This document shows, one piece after another, positions 1 to 12,759 of a stretch of 64,000 bases of DNA; the stretch's first letter is position 1; every line of letters starts with the position of its first letter. Source of the DNA: Chlorokybus atmophyticus (lineage: Eukaryota > Plantae > Mesostigma and Chlorokybus algae); contig RHPI01001946.1 in assembly GCA_009103225.1 (NCBI GenBank), positions 62,001 through 126,000 on the forward strand, in the 5' to 3' direction. Under the pieces are notes generated by a model. The model did no database searches and had not been told where the DNA came from. It worked only from the letters and a program-made list of their open reading frames with translations. The position numbers and the translations under genes were made by a program.

Positions 1-1761
1 GCTTAGCAGTTCGATCTTACCAGTAAGACTCCGCTGGGCATCTGTGCTCCCAGGTTCCTGTACGCGGCAGGGAGTTGTTGAGTGCCCTGCAACGTGCACC
101 GTTTTTGACATGCTGACAACATGCACATACTTGTATCGCGTTGCATCCTTCAAGCAGGCAACAATATCTTGCAATTCTGCCTTGGCGGCATCCACTCCGG
201 CCACATCCTGCATGCCATAGGTATTGGAGCCTGTGTACAAGAGCAAAAGCAGTCTTTGCTCTGCATCTACCTTGAACGTGACTGGGGCTACTCCAGACTT
301 CTTGGACTGCCTGGAACCCTTGCGCTTGCCGCCATTGAAATCGCGTCTGAAGAACAGGTACATTGGCACCAAAGGTAACCAAACAGCAAGCACCGTAAAC
401 AAGCCGCCTCGCAGCATGTGCCCGGGTGGTTGTGGTACAAGCCCAAACTCTACACGCTTTGCCGTAAGCTGCTGTATTAATGTGGGATCGTCCACTTTCC
501 GCGTCACAAACCGCTTCGGCTCTTGAACCTCCTGAGCAATGTTACTAAGCACTTGCATACCTTTCAACTTTGATAGGATGACTCTTATGGAATCACAATT
601 CCTAGACGTGCAGCCAACCACTCACCTCTGCAGCACCGGCGCTGCTTGTTGAAGCTGCAGCCTTGGGCGCCAACTGAAAGTATAGGCGTTCTGTGCCTTT
701 TTCAAACAAAACAGCAGTCACATCACCCGACTGCACTTGCTCCAGGAACCTGGAATACATCACCTGCAATACTACAATAATCAACAACATGAAGACTTGT
801 GATAGCTGCACAAGGCACTCTTGGAAATGTGTAGTAGATTGGCTGAGCTCATCTGCATACCATCTGTGGATGCGCTGGCTCATTCAGAGATGGAGGCCCA
901 TTGCGAAATGATCCTACGATCATAAGAGCCAAGCCAATACAGAACGGCACCAACAGGTGGCTGAGACTTTGCCAGAAGGCTTGTAACCGAGGAAGAGCAG
1001 CCTTGATTGCATTCTGCAAATTGTTGACCTTCAGCAACTAGCATAACGGGTGTAACACAACGTCCAATCAACCCACACAACCAGCAGCCCATACATCAAC
1101 CAATTGATACAGAAAATAAGTCCAGACACATAGAGGACAAAACATTCGACCAAGAGGCCTAGCAGCTGCTGGACGCGTGCCCCTACCTTGGGCGTCATGC
1201 AATATGTAGCTCTCTGTGACCTACCACTGTCTAGTAGCAAACTAACTGTCTTGCAACACTTCCTGCAAAAGGTAAAATAACGCCAAAATTGTGCAACATT
1301 TTGTGCCATGCACGGTATGGCTACATGCAAGGCAGCAGCTTACCCGTACTACAGACAGCAGCGACTGGATGAGTTGGCGCAATCCAAGGGGCGCCTTCCT
1401 TCGATCGTCACTCGTGCGCAATTCATCTGCCTCACCACCACTGCTACTGCTGTAGACAATCACGATTAGACTTGCTAGCAGTTGCTGCTCCAAACCAACT
1501 TAGCAGTCTACGCTCTGCAACAAACCACCTTGAACAATCCTGTACACACCTGCTGGGGACATCATCAGCAAGTGCACATACACTCTGCCGCTGCTGCACG
1601 CGTCGTCTCTGCTGTGAAGAGCGCGCGCTGAGAGCACAAAAATGAAGCGAGGAGCGACCTGACAACTGCGAGCGGCCTGTGCACAATCTCAGTTAGTCCA
1701 GTAAGTAACCAAGCGTGCAACTCCTTGCAACCACTCACACAGGTGCTGAAATCGAGCACAT
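1..1761 (-). CDS. FTSHI3: FtsH-family AAA protein of the plastid FtsHi3 type; spliced, 3' part runs off the left edge; start codon tentative
   Basis: Spliced minus-strand translation gives VMYSRFLEQVQSGDVTAVLFEKGTERLYF...FVTRKVDDPTLIQQL...VLAVWLPLVPMYLFF...VTFK|DVAGVDAAKAELQDIVACLKDATRYK|NLGAQMPSGVLL, cut by an intron just before Walker A. The TRKVD and W-x-PL-x-P segments match Arabidopsis FtsHi3 as I recall it. The 5' exons above about 1040 are uncertain. Confidence 0.8.
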
Positions 1762-3003
1762 ACACCAACGTAACTGGCCTGGTTTTACCATTTGAGTGGT
1801 GATTTGTTGCAAGAGAAACATCCTACTTCTAAGGGATCGCCACCCCTGTAATTCAATCTAACTTTATGCAACATGGAGATAGAACGCGCCACGTCCAGAA
1901 GGCAATGTTGGAATGCAGCTTCCAACTTTACTGCCTGGACTGGGAGGTCACCATACAGCCGAGTTATTTGCGTTTGGCCATGCAGTCGCCTCGGAACGGC
2001 ATTGGCATACTGCCTCGCCTTCGCCGACTTTTAAGCCACAATGAAAGTCTGTGGGTTTAACATGTGGGTTGGTAACCACTGTTCGAAGGCCTACCTACAA
2101 CAACTTGCTGGTGTGGCAGCAAGCGCAGCTGCCTTGAACCATCTATGTATTACGTACAAATGCTGCGTTTGAGACCGCTGTGGTAAATTATTCTTATGTG
2201 TAACATACGCCAGCTGGTGAAAAGTCAACCCGTTGACTAATCTGCCGTCTCATCAACAACTCCAACCGAAATGCTAAGCTGCTCGCGTGAAATTTTGGCA
2301 ATCATCGCCGAAATAAGCATGCAGTATGCGTGCTGGGACTGAGCAGTGCCACTTCCGTCAATCTTGGCTCAACTTGGGTTCAAGCTGTAGGTGAAATTAG
2401 CAAGAAACCAAAAATAGCTGCATTCTACTTGAAGCCTGCACCGCCGCAATCCGCAAGCTGACATGTTTCACCTGGTAACAACCCTACCGCTGGCAGAGCA
2501 CAGGACTTACGCAATGACGGCGATTTTGGCAGCAACGTCGGCCCATTAGAAGTAGAGCACGTGGACGACGATGCAATGGCTGCTCCTACGCAGCTTGTCC
2601 CCACGGCGGCCACCATCACCGCCGCCGTCTAGGCGCCCGACAGCCTGCCACTCACCGCTAACCACCCTCAGACACGCAATGCTACTGCTAAAGTAGCTGT
2701 CTGTCGGACGAGCTTGAACAAGGTGCACGATCCGGCACGGAGCACGACTACGGCGGCAAGGACGAGCACGACCGCCGCCGCCGCCTGCCAGCTGGCACTT
2801 CACCGCTCGTGCAGGAAATAGGGTTTCAGCGGATTCTTACTGCCGGCCGAGTGCCCTGCTGCGTTAGACGACCGACGAATGCAGTGCGCAATTGCTGTTT
2901 GCCGCCACCCGTCTGACGTGGCCACGTTGGAGCTGACGCCTGTTGCCGCGGCAGGCATTGCTAAAAGTTGATGTTGAACAGCAACAGCATACCGAAGCGT
3001 ATG

Positions 3004-3083
3004 GCGCATGTGGCCGAGTGGTCTAAGGCGCTGGTTTTAGGCACCAGTCCGAAAGGGCATGGGTTCAAATCCCATCGTGCGCA
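3004..3083 (+). tRNA. tRNA-Leu(UAG), intronless
   Basis: Acceptor stem GCGCATG/CGTGCGC, D-arm TGGCCGAGTGGTCTAAGGC, anticodon stem CTGGT/ACCAG with TAG at 3038-3040, long variable arm, T-arm ATGGG-TTCAAAT-CCCAT, discriminator A. First T4 run at 3119-3122. Confidence 0.95.
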
Positions 3084-3327
3084 GTGGGCTTTCGGATATG
3101 CCCGAAATGAAATTCACGTTTTGATTGCTCTGTTGCCTTCGCGCGCTGCTGCTTGCGAGTTGCTGACTCAGTCTCCTAGCCTGCTACAGTAGGAGAGATG
3201 AGAGGTCTCAGTATTACTGCCAAATATTACATGCTTAAACTTGTCACCTAAGGCGTGGCTTATCGCCTCCAAGCCAGCCGTCTCATTGGCCAGCTTACGA
3301 GGCGCCTCACAAAATGGCCTGTTACAG

Positions 3328-6300
3328 TTTGAGGCGGCCTCAAGGGGGCCCCCTTGGGGGCTCGCTTGCTTTAGGACATAAACATATACATAAACATATA
3401 CACATACACATACTCATGTTATACATACCTTGCAACCAACTACATACATAACGCGCGATAATGGTTTGCACATGAAGAGCAAATGCGAGCAACATCGAGA
3501 CATCATTTAATAGGTTCAAATAAGCCTATATGCCAGCAACACAACCCGCGACGATTGTCGCCTTGCAACACTGTAATCAACACGCGCAACATCCATGAAA
3601 GTGAGGCAACACCTTCTCATGATCAATCAATCAAGTGACACGCACGCGCCATGACCACGCACGCCAGCAATCAATGCATTGATGCACGCCATCAACATCA
3701 CCATAACGCAAACACAACCATCAATACTATAAACATCAACACAACGCAGCATGACAACATCTTACCACCAACAACTTCATAGCAGTCAACCAGACTACCG
3801 ATGCATGCGTACCGTTGATAGCAAGTATAGTTACAGCAGACGACTCGTTGCTAATGCATGTAATAAGCATGCGCAACAGCATTAAGCATGCCAGCCAACA
3901 CTACGAAATCCTTTGCAACAGTATGCTTAATTACACGTGATGTTAACTATTACGTGTAATTCAGCATACACGTGATGTCAAATAGGTTAACTTGTCTTCC
4001 ACCATGACAGGCAGCATGCCAATGGTTTGAAATGGCAACCACTGTTAATGTGCTTTTATCCATGATGCAACATGTACGCACATGCGACGCCGGCATGCTT
4101 ACGAGTAACAAACCTTAACCGCGACAAACACGCGCGTGCAGCTACCTGCTCGCTTTTAAGCATATGCACCACACCGTTGCGACATCAAACATGTTAGTGC
4201 AATATCAAGGTGCATGGGAATGGTCGCAATCAGCTACTTGCTCGCTTTGCATACATTCCATTGCGACATCAGGGTGCACGCAAATGGTTGGCATGCCGCT
4301 AAGCTGACTTGCTCGCTTTCAAGCACGTCGCTGTGACAGAGCATGCCGACATTAATTTGCACGCAAGTGGTCACAATCGTTTGCCTGCTTGCCTGTGCGA
4401 TATCATGTATCATGCCAAAATCAGCCGATGAGTACCAGCAGTTGCCGTTACGACATCAGCCATTCCAATGCGACATCAAATGCACGCAAATAGTGATTAA
4501 TAATTACCTGCTCGTTATGATAATGGCTAATATAACAGTGCGATATCAGGTATCATGCACACAACAACCGACGCATACTCCGTCTACTCATCGGTTGCTA
4601 ATAGCATCAGTAGCTCGCCTTCAAGATGCCTAACAAACAATGTTGCGACAGCAGGCATGTCGACACTGACGTCAGTGCGACGTCAGTGTGCACACGAATA
4701 GGCATTAGCTTTGGCTTGTTGGCTTTCGAGATGTCTAGCATGCTGTTGCAACATACGGCATGCCACTGCGATATCGCATTGCACGCAAACGCGAATGATC
4801 TCAAGCAGCTGTTTGCTTGTCTCTAAGCGGCCAGGCATGTGCAATATATCATATACACAGCAGCAGCAAGTGACTGCAGCTATCCGCTTGCACTTAAGAT
4901 GTCCAGACATGTCAGTGCGACTTCAGGTAGCTCGCGAATGGTCACAATCAGGTACCTGCTTGCATGTGCAGTATTAAGCATGTCACTACGATATTAGGCA
5001 TGCTTGCCTCCAGTTCAGCATGCACGTGCGACATTCATGCAAATAATTATCAACGCATGACTGCTTGCCTCTGCTCAAACATACACACATATGCAAACCA
5101 ATTTTCATGCGAATGGTCACAACTACTCACGTTGTTGTGAAATTAGAGTAGGCAACGACATCCCGTACCATGCGCATCATAACCGACAATTTTTTGCTTG
5201 CTTGGATTCAGATGTGCACGCCTGTGCGACATAGGGTAATATGCGAACGGTCACCGTCAGTTAACTGCGTTACCTTCAATAAACCGGAATAAATTACTTG
5301 TGTGCAACAAAAAAAACGAACGAATGGTCACCTCCAATGTCTTGCTTGCGCTTAACACACCCATGTGCACTAATAGGCATGCGCATGTTTGCCAGCGAGG
5401 TGGGCTCCCCCTCCGCAGCGCACGTGCTATGGCAGGGGCTGTTACGACTAGCATGTAACACACGTTTACTACCTTTTAGCACAATTACACGCGACATCAA
5501 GTTGAAGGATAATCCAGAGAAACATGATGTGTGCGAGATACGACTACATCCGTATTCACAATATTGCAATCACGCCATAATAATAACCCATATCAAATAC
5601 AATATGTATCGCTACGCAACAGCTAATACAAGTGATAAATGGTAAAAACTGCAACAATGGTGAATAAAACCAATGATGAAAGCAAGTGAATCGATTGTGT
5701 TCATACCTCTTCACATGAGCGCGCCCCTTATGCACATGCGCCGCCGGTAGTCGCCGCATAGCAGCTCGCTAGTTTAAGCGCATGTGTCGATAAGATCATA
5801 AACGCATTTTCCAACCCACATTAACGGGGGGCAGGCGGACCATGCTTGCTCGTGGCACGGAGCTCCTTGACCCAGCACACGGCGCCAAGCACACGAGCAT
5901 CTCCGTGCAGCGACAAAGTCGGATGCGGCTAAGAATTGCGTGAGTTGGCTGCAAGCACGTCGCATCACGACACGTCAAACGTCGAAGTGTTTGGCTACGC
6001 GACTCCGTGATTGCACGCTAAGCAACGATGCCGCGGTCTCCCATCACCGCACGAGGAATCCTCTGATTGAAAAAGACGTCATGAATTGCAAGGAAGCAAT
6101 TGCGGCAACATTGCCGTCGCGTCCAATTTGAGACGTGACGTGACACTTGACGTGACTAAGCGGCCGGCTGTTGTTGGCGACGGATGACGTCGCCGGTTTC
6201 GGCACCCGCTGGTGTTCAATGAATCAACCATGATGGCTTAGGTCTTCATGGTGAATGGGGAAAGGCCTGTATTGATTCGCAAAAGCGCATCAGTAATTGC

Positions 6301-6514
6301 AACATTCAGCGATTTCGCCGATGTCACTGCCTCACACGGTGGTGGTCGGATGTTCGCACAATGGGACGCTTGTACAACACCTGATCTGCCAATTGGTGCG
6401 ATTGTGATGTTGTTACAAGTCGTCTCGGGTTGTTCATAGCAGCGCATGAAGCCCATGGTGTGTACAATGTACACACTAGGTTACTAAGGGGGCCCCCTTG
6501 AGGCCGCCTCAAGG
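3328..6514. mobile_element. Non-autonomous TIR DNA transposon, superfamily unassigned
   Basis: Perfect 27-bp inverted repeat TTGAGGCGGCCTCAAGGGGGCCCCCTT at 3329-3355 and 6486-6512. 8-bp direct repeat TGTTACAG at 3320-3327 and 6515-6522. No transposase ORF seen inside. Confidence 0.75.
4130..5260. repeat. Degenerate minisatellite inside the TIR element
   Basis: Recurring motif GCGACATCA..TGCACGC.AATGGTCACAATCAG.TAC.TGCT.GC at irregular spacing of roughly 60-100 bp. Confidence 0.6.
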
Positions 6515-7254
6515 TGTTACAGGCGAATATCCAAGGCAAATTGAGGGTTAATCTTATACAGTAAGGGAATTAAGCAGCCTATTTGCTGCAGGCTTTCCTA
6601 TGCCGGCTCGGCCTGCACGCTGCGAGGTTGCGTAATGCGGCACAAATGCTGTAAGGTTGGGGCAAGGTTGGGGCAGCCGATTCAAGGCGGCAATGGATGT
6701 GGTGGACGTGAACGTGGCGGTGGAGGAGGAGCTGGCAACCCACACGCAGTGCGCTCAAATAACTACCGTACTTGTTTAACTGCTGGCCGATACTGACGCA
6801 AGAGCAAGGTATCATGAATTGGTTACCGACAACTTGTATAGCTTGCGTGTTGAATGTTGTAGCTCATATGCTTTGCTGAGATTACATCGCATATCCGCAT
6901 TGCATGCTCTTAGTTCGAACCATCTAGACTTAAACTTTGCTTGTTTTCCTGACAGTTGTCCTCACTGTCTTTGCCCTTCTGGCTAACTTAGCGGCGCTAG
7001 ACCATGAGCTGACTACATTTCTGTCGGTTGGCACACACAGGCTTCTATCTCAACAGGTATCGGCTATTGGCTGCTTAGTTGTGCAACAGTGCAGAGCTGC
7101 AGGCTTAATGTCTCATGAGACTAATTCTAGTGGTGTCTTTGCAGCTCGCTTTACCGTTTTTCCTTAAGGGAGGGCCCGCTGCCTGCTGCTCGCCTCGACT
7201 GCGCTGCTCCTCGCGCCCTCGCCTCCAGCGCTAGCTTTTCCATTGTACCTGCCC

Positions 7255-8891
7255 TCAAACCAAGGCATTCCGCCTGATGCTCGTAAGATGTGATGCTGCT
7301 TGCACTGTCCCTCTTGCGCCAGAGGAGTCTTCGTCACCCTCGCCATCGAGATCCTCGCCATTGAGATCCTCGCCTTCCCATTCTGATTCTCTTGGGAAGC
7401 CGTTGTCCTCTAAGATTGCGAACATGTTGGTAAGCAATATGCTCATGTCCATGTGCATGTTAGTGTTAGTTGCTGCTGGTGCAAAGGCATGTTGTTGTAG
7501 TGGTCGTTTCCGCACACCCCGTTTGTGCAGGCTGCCTTGCTGCAGGTTGTATTGCTTAGGCATAGGTTGTAAGTTCTTACAGTTGAAGCATGTTTCACGC
7601 TGCTCCTTCACGCGCAGATGAAAGCTGGCTATCGGCTTTTCATGGTCTAAATGTCAGCAGTCTCCCTAGTTGTCCTAGGTCATTCCCCCGCCATACTAGT
7701 GGAACTGACCTTTAATGCATCTCTCGAGGAAGGAGGTGCATCGGATAAGCTCGATGGTGCGCTAATCAAGGGTCTTGCCACCCAGGCCCTTGAATGCTTG
7801 TCGTGTCCTGCATCTGCACAGGCAAGCAATGCGGTACACCACGTCGTTGCGGTAGCGTTCCCGCTGGGCAGCATTGACACAAGTCTTGCATAGGGTGCGT
7901 GAGGTAGATACAAATGAAACCCCTCTTTTGTTCACCGCATGTGTTGCATTTGCGTTCGACACCCTCCTTGGTTTTCTTGTATGATCAGAGCCATCAACCC
8001 CCGCCTGCAAGAGGTGCAGTACTATTAATAGTCTGTCTGACGAAGCGCTCTGTGTGTTTAACTCGACATGGGCGCCCTTCCAACGAGTAAGTTGATAAGT
8101 TTGTAACGCTATGCTTGCATGCTCTGCTATGTTCTCATTCTTCTACTTGCCTTGATAGGTTGGGACCCCTTTGGCAATGACTTCGAGCTTTACTTTGGCT
8201 TCTTCGCGCTCTTCCTCTCGGCATTGGACACACTGCCCATTCACAAGGTAAACCTCGGTGTGCACGCGAGGGCATTGTGTTTCAACTGCATAGTAAAATG
8301 AGCATGTACACAAGTTTGTTTGGTGTGTTAGCTTAATGTTAGCATGCTCTCACACGACTCACTTGATTGGACAATTGCTTCAAGTGTTGTGACACGCGTG
8401 GGGAGGTCTTCTTGCTTTCTCTTCTCCCTTTGTTTGCTGTAGTTGATTTGCGTCTTCTTGTACACTCCACGCTGGTCAAAGAGCTCAAGTAGAACTCCGT
8501 ATGCCCCTCTAGACATGGCACCTCGGCTGCAAACAAGTTGATATTTGCTACTGTTGTGCTTTCATGTATGTGCGTGCAATGTATCTACTAAGGTGGCACA
8601 ACTGTACATGCTTGTGCAGTGCTGATGCTTCTCAGTGTGTGACTTGATGTTGCACTTGCTTTTGCTTGTCTGACCTTGATATGTTGTTGCGTCAGCATGT
8701 GCTAGGTTGGCCATGGCTGCTCGGTTAGAGCGCACCCATTGCTGCTCGCACTGCAGGCACCTCCTACCATTCTTTGCGTAGCGGAGTGTGCGCTCCTCGC
8801 CATCCATTATGACGATGTAGTCTACATTTCTGGAGCAGGGTATCCCATGGAATTTCCTTGGTGGTAGTGGCTGCACGCAATCCATCTGCAT
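7255..8891 (-). pseudogene. Spliced Cys/His-repeat + HNH endonuclease gene, copy A (stops and frameshifts)
   Basis: Exons encode IPCSRNVDY...RYAKNGRRCLQC, VPCLEGHTEFYLSSLTSVEC, QCPRVHTEVYLVNGQCVQC and PCRVKHTERF..YCTSC. These are followed by RYRNDVVYRIACLCR...GMT*DN*GDC*HLDHEKPIASF...QRETCFNCKNLQPMPKQYNLQQGS and an acidic tail. Confidence 0.75.
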
Positions 8892-10569
8892 TCATCGGCA
8901 CATGCAAGTGAGTACTGCCACATGGCCCAAGTGCTAACTGCTAACACAGCATGTGTGTGTATGTGTGTTGTGCATGCATGTGTATATGGTGCTCTTACTA
9001 CATAGTCATGGGTGCATTGATTCTCACGTTTTTGACTGAGTGTATACACATTCCCCAGTTGTTAATTCACATCATATGTGTGTATGTGTTGAGTTGGTTG
9101 GCATGCGTCTGTGTAGTACTGTTATTACCCAGTCATTGAGTGTATACACGTGCGCAGTGCAATGCTATTACTGACAATTTACGTGCATACTTATGCTACT
9201 ATACGCTTGTAAAGGAAGTGTACATATGCTACCACCCACACCAGGTGGTACGTGCATTGCTTGGTTGTCTAGTAATGACTGTCAAGATACCTTGGTGACT
9301 GGCGTGTACGTGGTCATGGCAGTACTACACATATCATGCTTTGCACAATACACATAATAAAGTGTACAGCTGTGTGCTTGTAAACGCAGGTGGAATTGGT
9401 TGGAGCACCATCCTTGGTTAAAAAAGTTGTTGCAAGTTAGCATGCAAGCTTACTTACCACTGGCAAGCTTCTAAGAGTTGGAGACGGTTGTTAGGCTATC
9501 TTTGTGTGCGCAAAGTGTTGTACAGCAGGTGTGGAAGGATTCTGGCTTGCGAATAGTACAGCTTCAGTTGCTACTTAGTTAGGCGGCCTGACTGTACACA
9601 TATGTGCAGTCCTGTTGCTGCTTTTGTCTACTTGTGTGGGTTGTGTAGCTACTGATCGCTGGCGTGTTGTACTGGGCTCTTGCAGCTACCACCTCTCTTG
9701 ATGGTTGGTTGTCGCCAGTCAGAAAACTCCTACTTCTAAGTGGTTGGCCTACATGTGGGTGCTGCTGCGCCGCCAGTAGTTCAGTCTCGAGTTGTAACGG
9801 GAGCAATAATAATAGGGGTATTATTGCTACCTAAATAACACATTTTGTATGAATAAGTATTTAAATATGCTTATTTATACCTCTTTTCTACGGTTCCTCG
9901 CTTATTAAAGGCTATGATGCTTTATCATAGCTTAAATAAGTCCCAATGGGTGTAGAACCGCTTATTCAAGCCTATTTAGTGTCACATTTGATATAATGTG
10001 ATCACTATCTCGTTAGGTACCTTACGATAGGTATCTTTGGATAGGTACCTTATCGATAAGTACCTTATCTGAGCTGTGATTGGCTCACGCTAGATTTCTT
10101 AACTACCCTATCTGTAGGGTCGATGTGTAGTTGTGAGTTAATTATCGCGAGGTATATAGTTGATATACTCTTGATATAAAAGGTCACATCAATCTGATGT
10201 GGGGACTTGGAGTTCTCTGCTCAGTGGCGGCCACGCCGTTGAAAGACTTGTCATAGGCGGTGTGGGTGTTGGGGTAGAGGATTGAAGGGGCATCACCGGC
10301 GACGGTGGTGCTGTTACATTGGTATCCGGGAGCAGGGGGGTGACGTGGGTACTTATAGGGGGCGGCGACCTGCTTTCGGCCAATCAGAAGGCGTCGGCGG
10401 CGGCCTCCTATTCGTCCACGCAGCCCAAGCTTCAAGTTCGCTTTCCTGCGCTACCTCCACGTTGAAGCCACCTATCAAAGAGGCGGCCTTCCCACGTGTG
10501 AGATACCATTACACGTCGGTGACTTGCCTGCTTGCCTGCTTGCCAGGTGCTTGCCAGGTGCACGTGTGT

Positions 10570-11015
10570 ACACACAGTGACTTGCCAGTGCACTATCATT
10601 GCTTGCAGTGATTGCCTGTCATTGCATGCGGTGATTGCGGCTTGCTAGTGTGCCATCACTGTTTGTCACACTTAGTGCACTATCATTGCTTGCAGTGATT
10701 GCCTATCATTGCATGCGGTAATTGCTTGTCATTGTGCTTGCCAATGCATGTCACAGTTAGTCACCGTACGGCTTGCCTGTTGCATGCCTGTGACGTACCT
10801 GTGACCTGCCAGCGGCTTTGCCGGGTCGTTTGACCCGGGTCCGTAAGTTCCAAACCAAACTGTTCCCAAACCCTCCCCCTCTGGCTTCGGCATGGAGATC
10901 GGGACTTGGTTAGGACTGTTGTGGGGAGGTTCTAGGACAATCTGTTCCCAAACCCTGTTAGTCTGAAACCCTCCACCTCTGGCTTCGGCCTGGAGATTGG
11001 GACTTGGTTGAGGAC
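10570..11015 (+). repeat. Two pairs of direct repeats in the retrotransposon 5' leader
   Basis: AGTGCACTATCATTGCTTGCAGTGATTGCCT.TCATTGCATGCGGT.ATTGC twice (about 10585 and 10675). CTGTTCCCAAACCCT and CCCTCC.CCTCTGGCTTCGGC.TGGAGAT.GGGACTTGGTT twice (about 10860-11010). Confidence 0.85.
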
Positions 11016-11210
11016 AACACAGGGTTAGGACATTCTGGTCCCACTTAGACTTGTTCTGTTTGGTGACACTTCAGATCCAACCTTTCCTATTTTGGGACTG
11101 GTTTGGACTCTGTTTGGGACTTTTACAACTTGGGGTCATTTTGATCCTCTCGTTGAACCTGGTCCATTGGTGAGGTTCTCACCATCCCATTCTGCCTGTT
11201 TTGCAGAGAA

Positions 11211-12388
11211 ATGGAAGAAAACTCGGTGCCCACCTCAAAAGGGGAGAGCTCGAAAAAAGAGCAACCTTCCCGTGAGGAGGAATTTCCATCCATGGAAGAT
11301 ATTCCGAATCCGGATGATGCACCTGATGAGTCTCAAGCTGCCAAAGCTGCGGAAGCTTCAATGGATGATAGATCACCTTCTATATTCCCTGAGTTTTCCA
11401 TTCGCATGACACAGCAGGACTTGATGGAGCATTTCTTTAACACCTATGATCAGGACCCTCGTGAGGCGATTGTCTCATTCGTGAACTTTCTCTTCCTTTT
11501 GGCAGAAAAAGTTTCAAAGCTCACCACCTTTATGGGGCAAGATTGGGAGGGGCAGATGGGTGAAGGCAAACGTGTTCTGAATATGATCGAGCGTCTTCAG
11601 CGTGCTGACGGTGGTCCACCTGTTCAAGCACTTGCTCGTCCAACCGAGTTTGTTCCCAACAAGCAAGCGGCCATCTTCGACTGGCTTGTAAAGTTGCGAC
11701 ACTATGTCAACTCCCTTCACATTTTTGAGGAGGGGAAATTGCGTGTAGCTGAGTTGCTGATCCCAAACGATGCTCTGGCAGAGTGGTACCGCCGTAAGCG
11801 ACGGGATACAAACCTCGGGCGGGAAGTAAATCAGTTGTGCTTTTTCATGGAGCAGCGCAATGGTGGCGCAGATCCTGCCCAGGTTGCTCGCAACCAGCTG
11901 CACAACCTGCGTCAGAACGGGCGTCCGGTTCAGCAGTACATCCAGGATTTTCAGTCGTTTGTCAGCAAGATCAATGCTGGCAAACTACCTATCAGTGATG
12001 CTGATCAGCTGGATATGTTCAGGCGTGGCTTGGACACAGATCTCGTGCAGCATGTGGCCGTCAACCCCGCGAGTTTGCAAGTGAGTGGGCCTCGACGGAT
12101 TTACCAATGCTGATGCAGATGGTTGCTGCTGTGGACAGTGTAAAGCGCTCTCACGCCAACATGCAAACCACGGCAAAAGAGGCAGCCCCGGTTTCAGCTG
12201 CAAAGCGCCCGGCCACTGACAACAAACCTTTTGTGAAAAGGGCGAAACCATCTCATCCTGCTAGCCCCTACAATGCGGCCAAATCCATTATCACTTGCAG
12301 TTTCTGCAAGAAGACAGGTCATGGGGAGGCTAAGTGCTATGCAAAACAGAATGCACAGAAGGCGAAGCAGCAGAGAGACAAGAAATAG
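11211..12388 (+). pseudogene. gag: Retrotransposon gag with one frameshift near 12080
   Basis: ORF 11211-12113 has gag-like LRQNGRPVQQYIQDF and DMFRRGLD. It continues in another frame (EWASTDLPMLMQM...) to the zinc knuckle CSFCKKTGHGEAKC and a TAG at 12386. Confidence 0.9.
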
Positions 12389-12759
12389 GAATTGTCCGTG
12401 GTTGGTAGCTTAGTCGAGCAGAACGACTTTAAAAACTCTGTACTTCTTGATAAAGTTTTCTCTCTTTGTGATGTATCAGATGTATGGACTGATATGAGCA
12501 CACCACCTGTGTTGAAAAATACAAACGGTTGTGTTTCAATCAATGTTCCATTCTCTGAATTAGTAAGTGATGTTAAGCACTTACACGAGTTGCAATTACA
12601 ACATGCTGTCACTGCATGTGTAGTTATCCCTCGATATCATGGCCCATGGTCGCAATTGTTGAAAGGGGGAGACATGGTGTACCCATAAGTTGACTCTCAA
12701 ATCTCCATTTGAGTGGCACTGAGTGACCATCAAATGTAGCTAATGTCGGAGTGCCGTGA

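Noticed and set aside
2425-2970. Ala/Thr-rich GC-rich reading frame upstream of the tRNA
   Set aside because: Several stops, low complexity and no recognisable motif.
3100-3180. tRNA-snoRNA dicistron or hammerhead ribozyme at the element end
   Set aside because: No convincing C/D boxes or CTGANGA...GAAA core found by eye. An Infernal search would be needed to exclude it fully.
12070-12115. Programmed frameshift within gag
   Set aside because: No slippery heptamer. The shift splits capsid from zinc knuckle, and the element has other lesions, so mutation is more likely.
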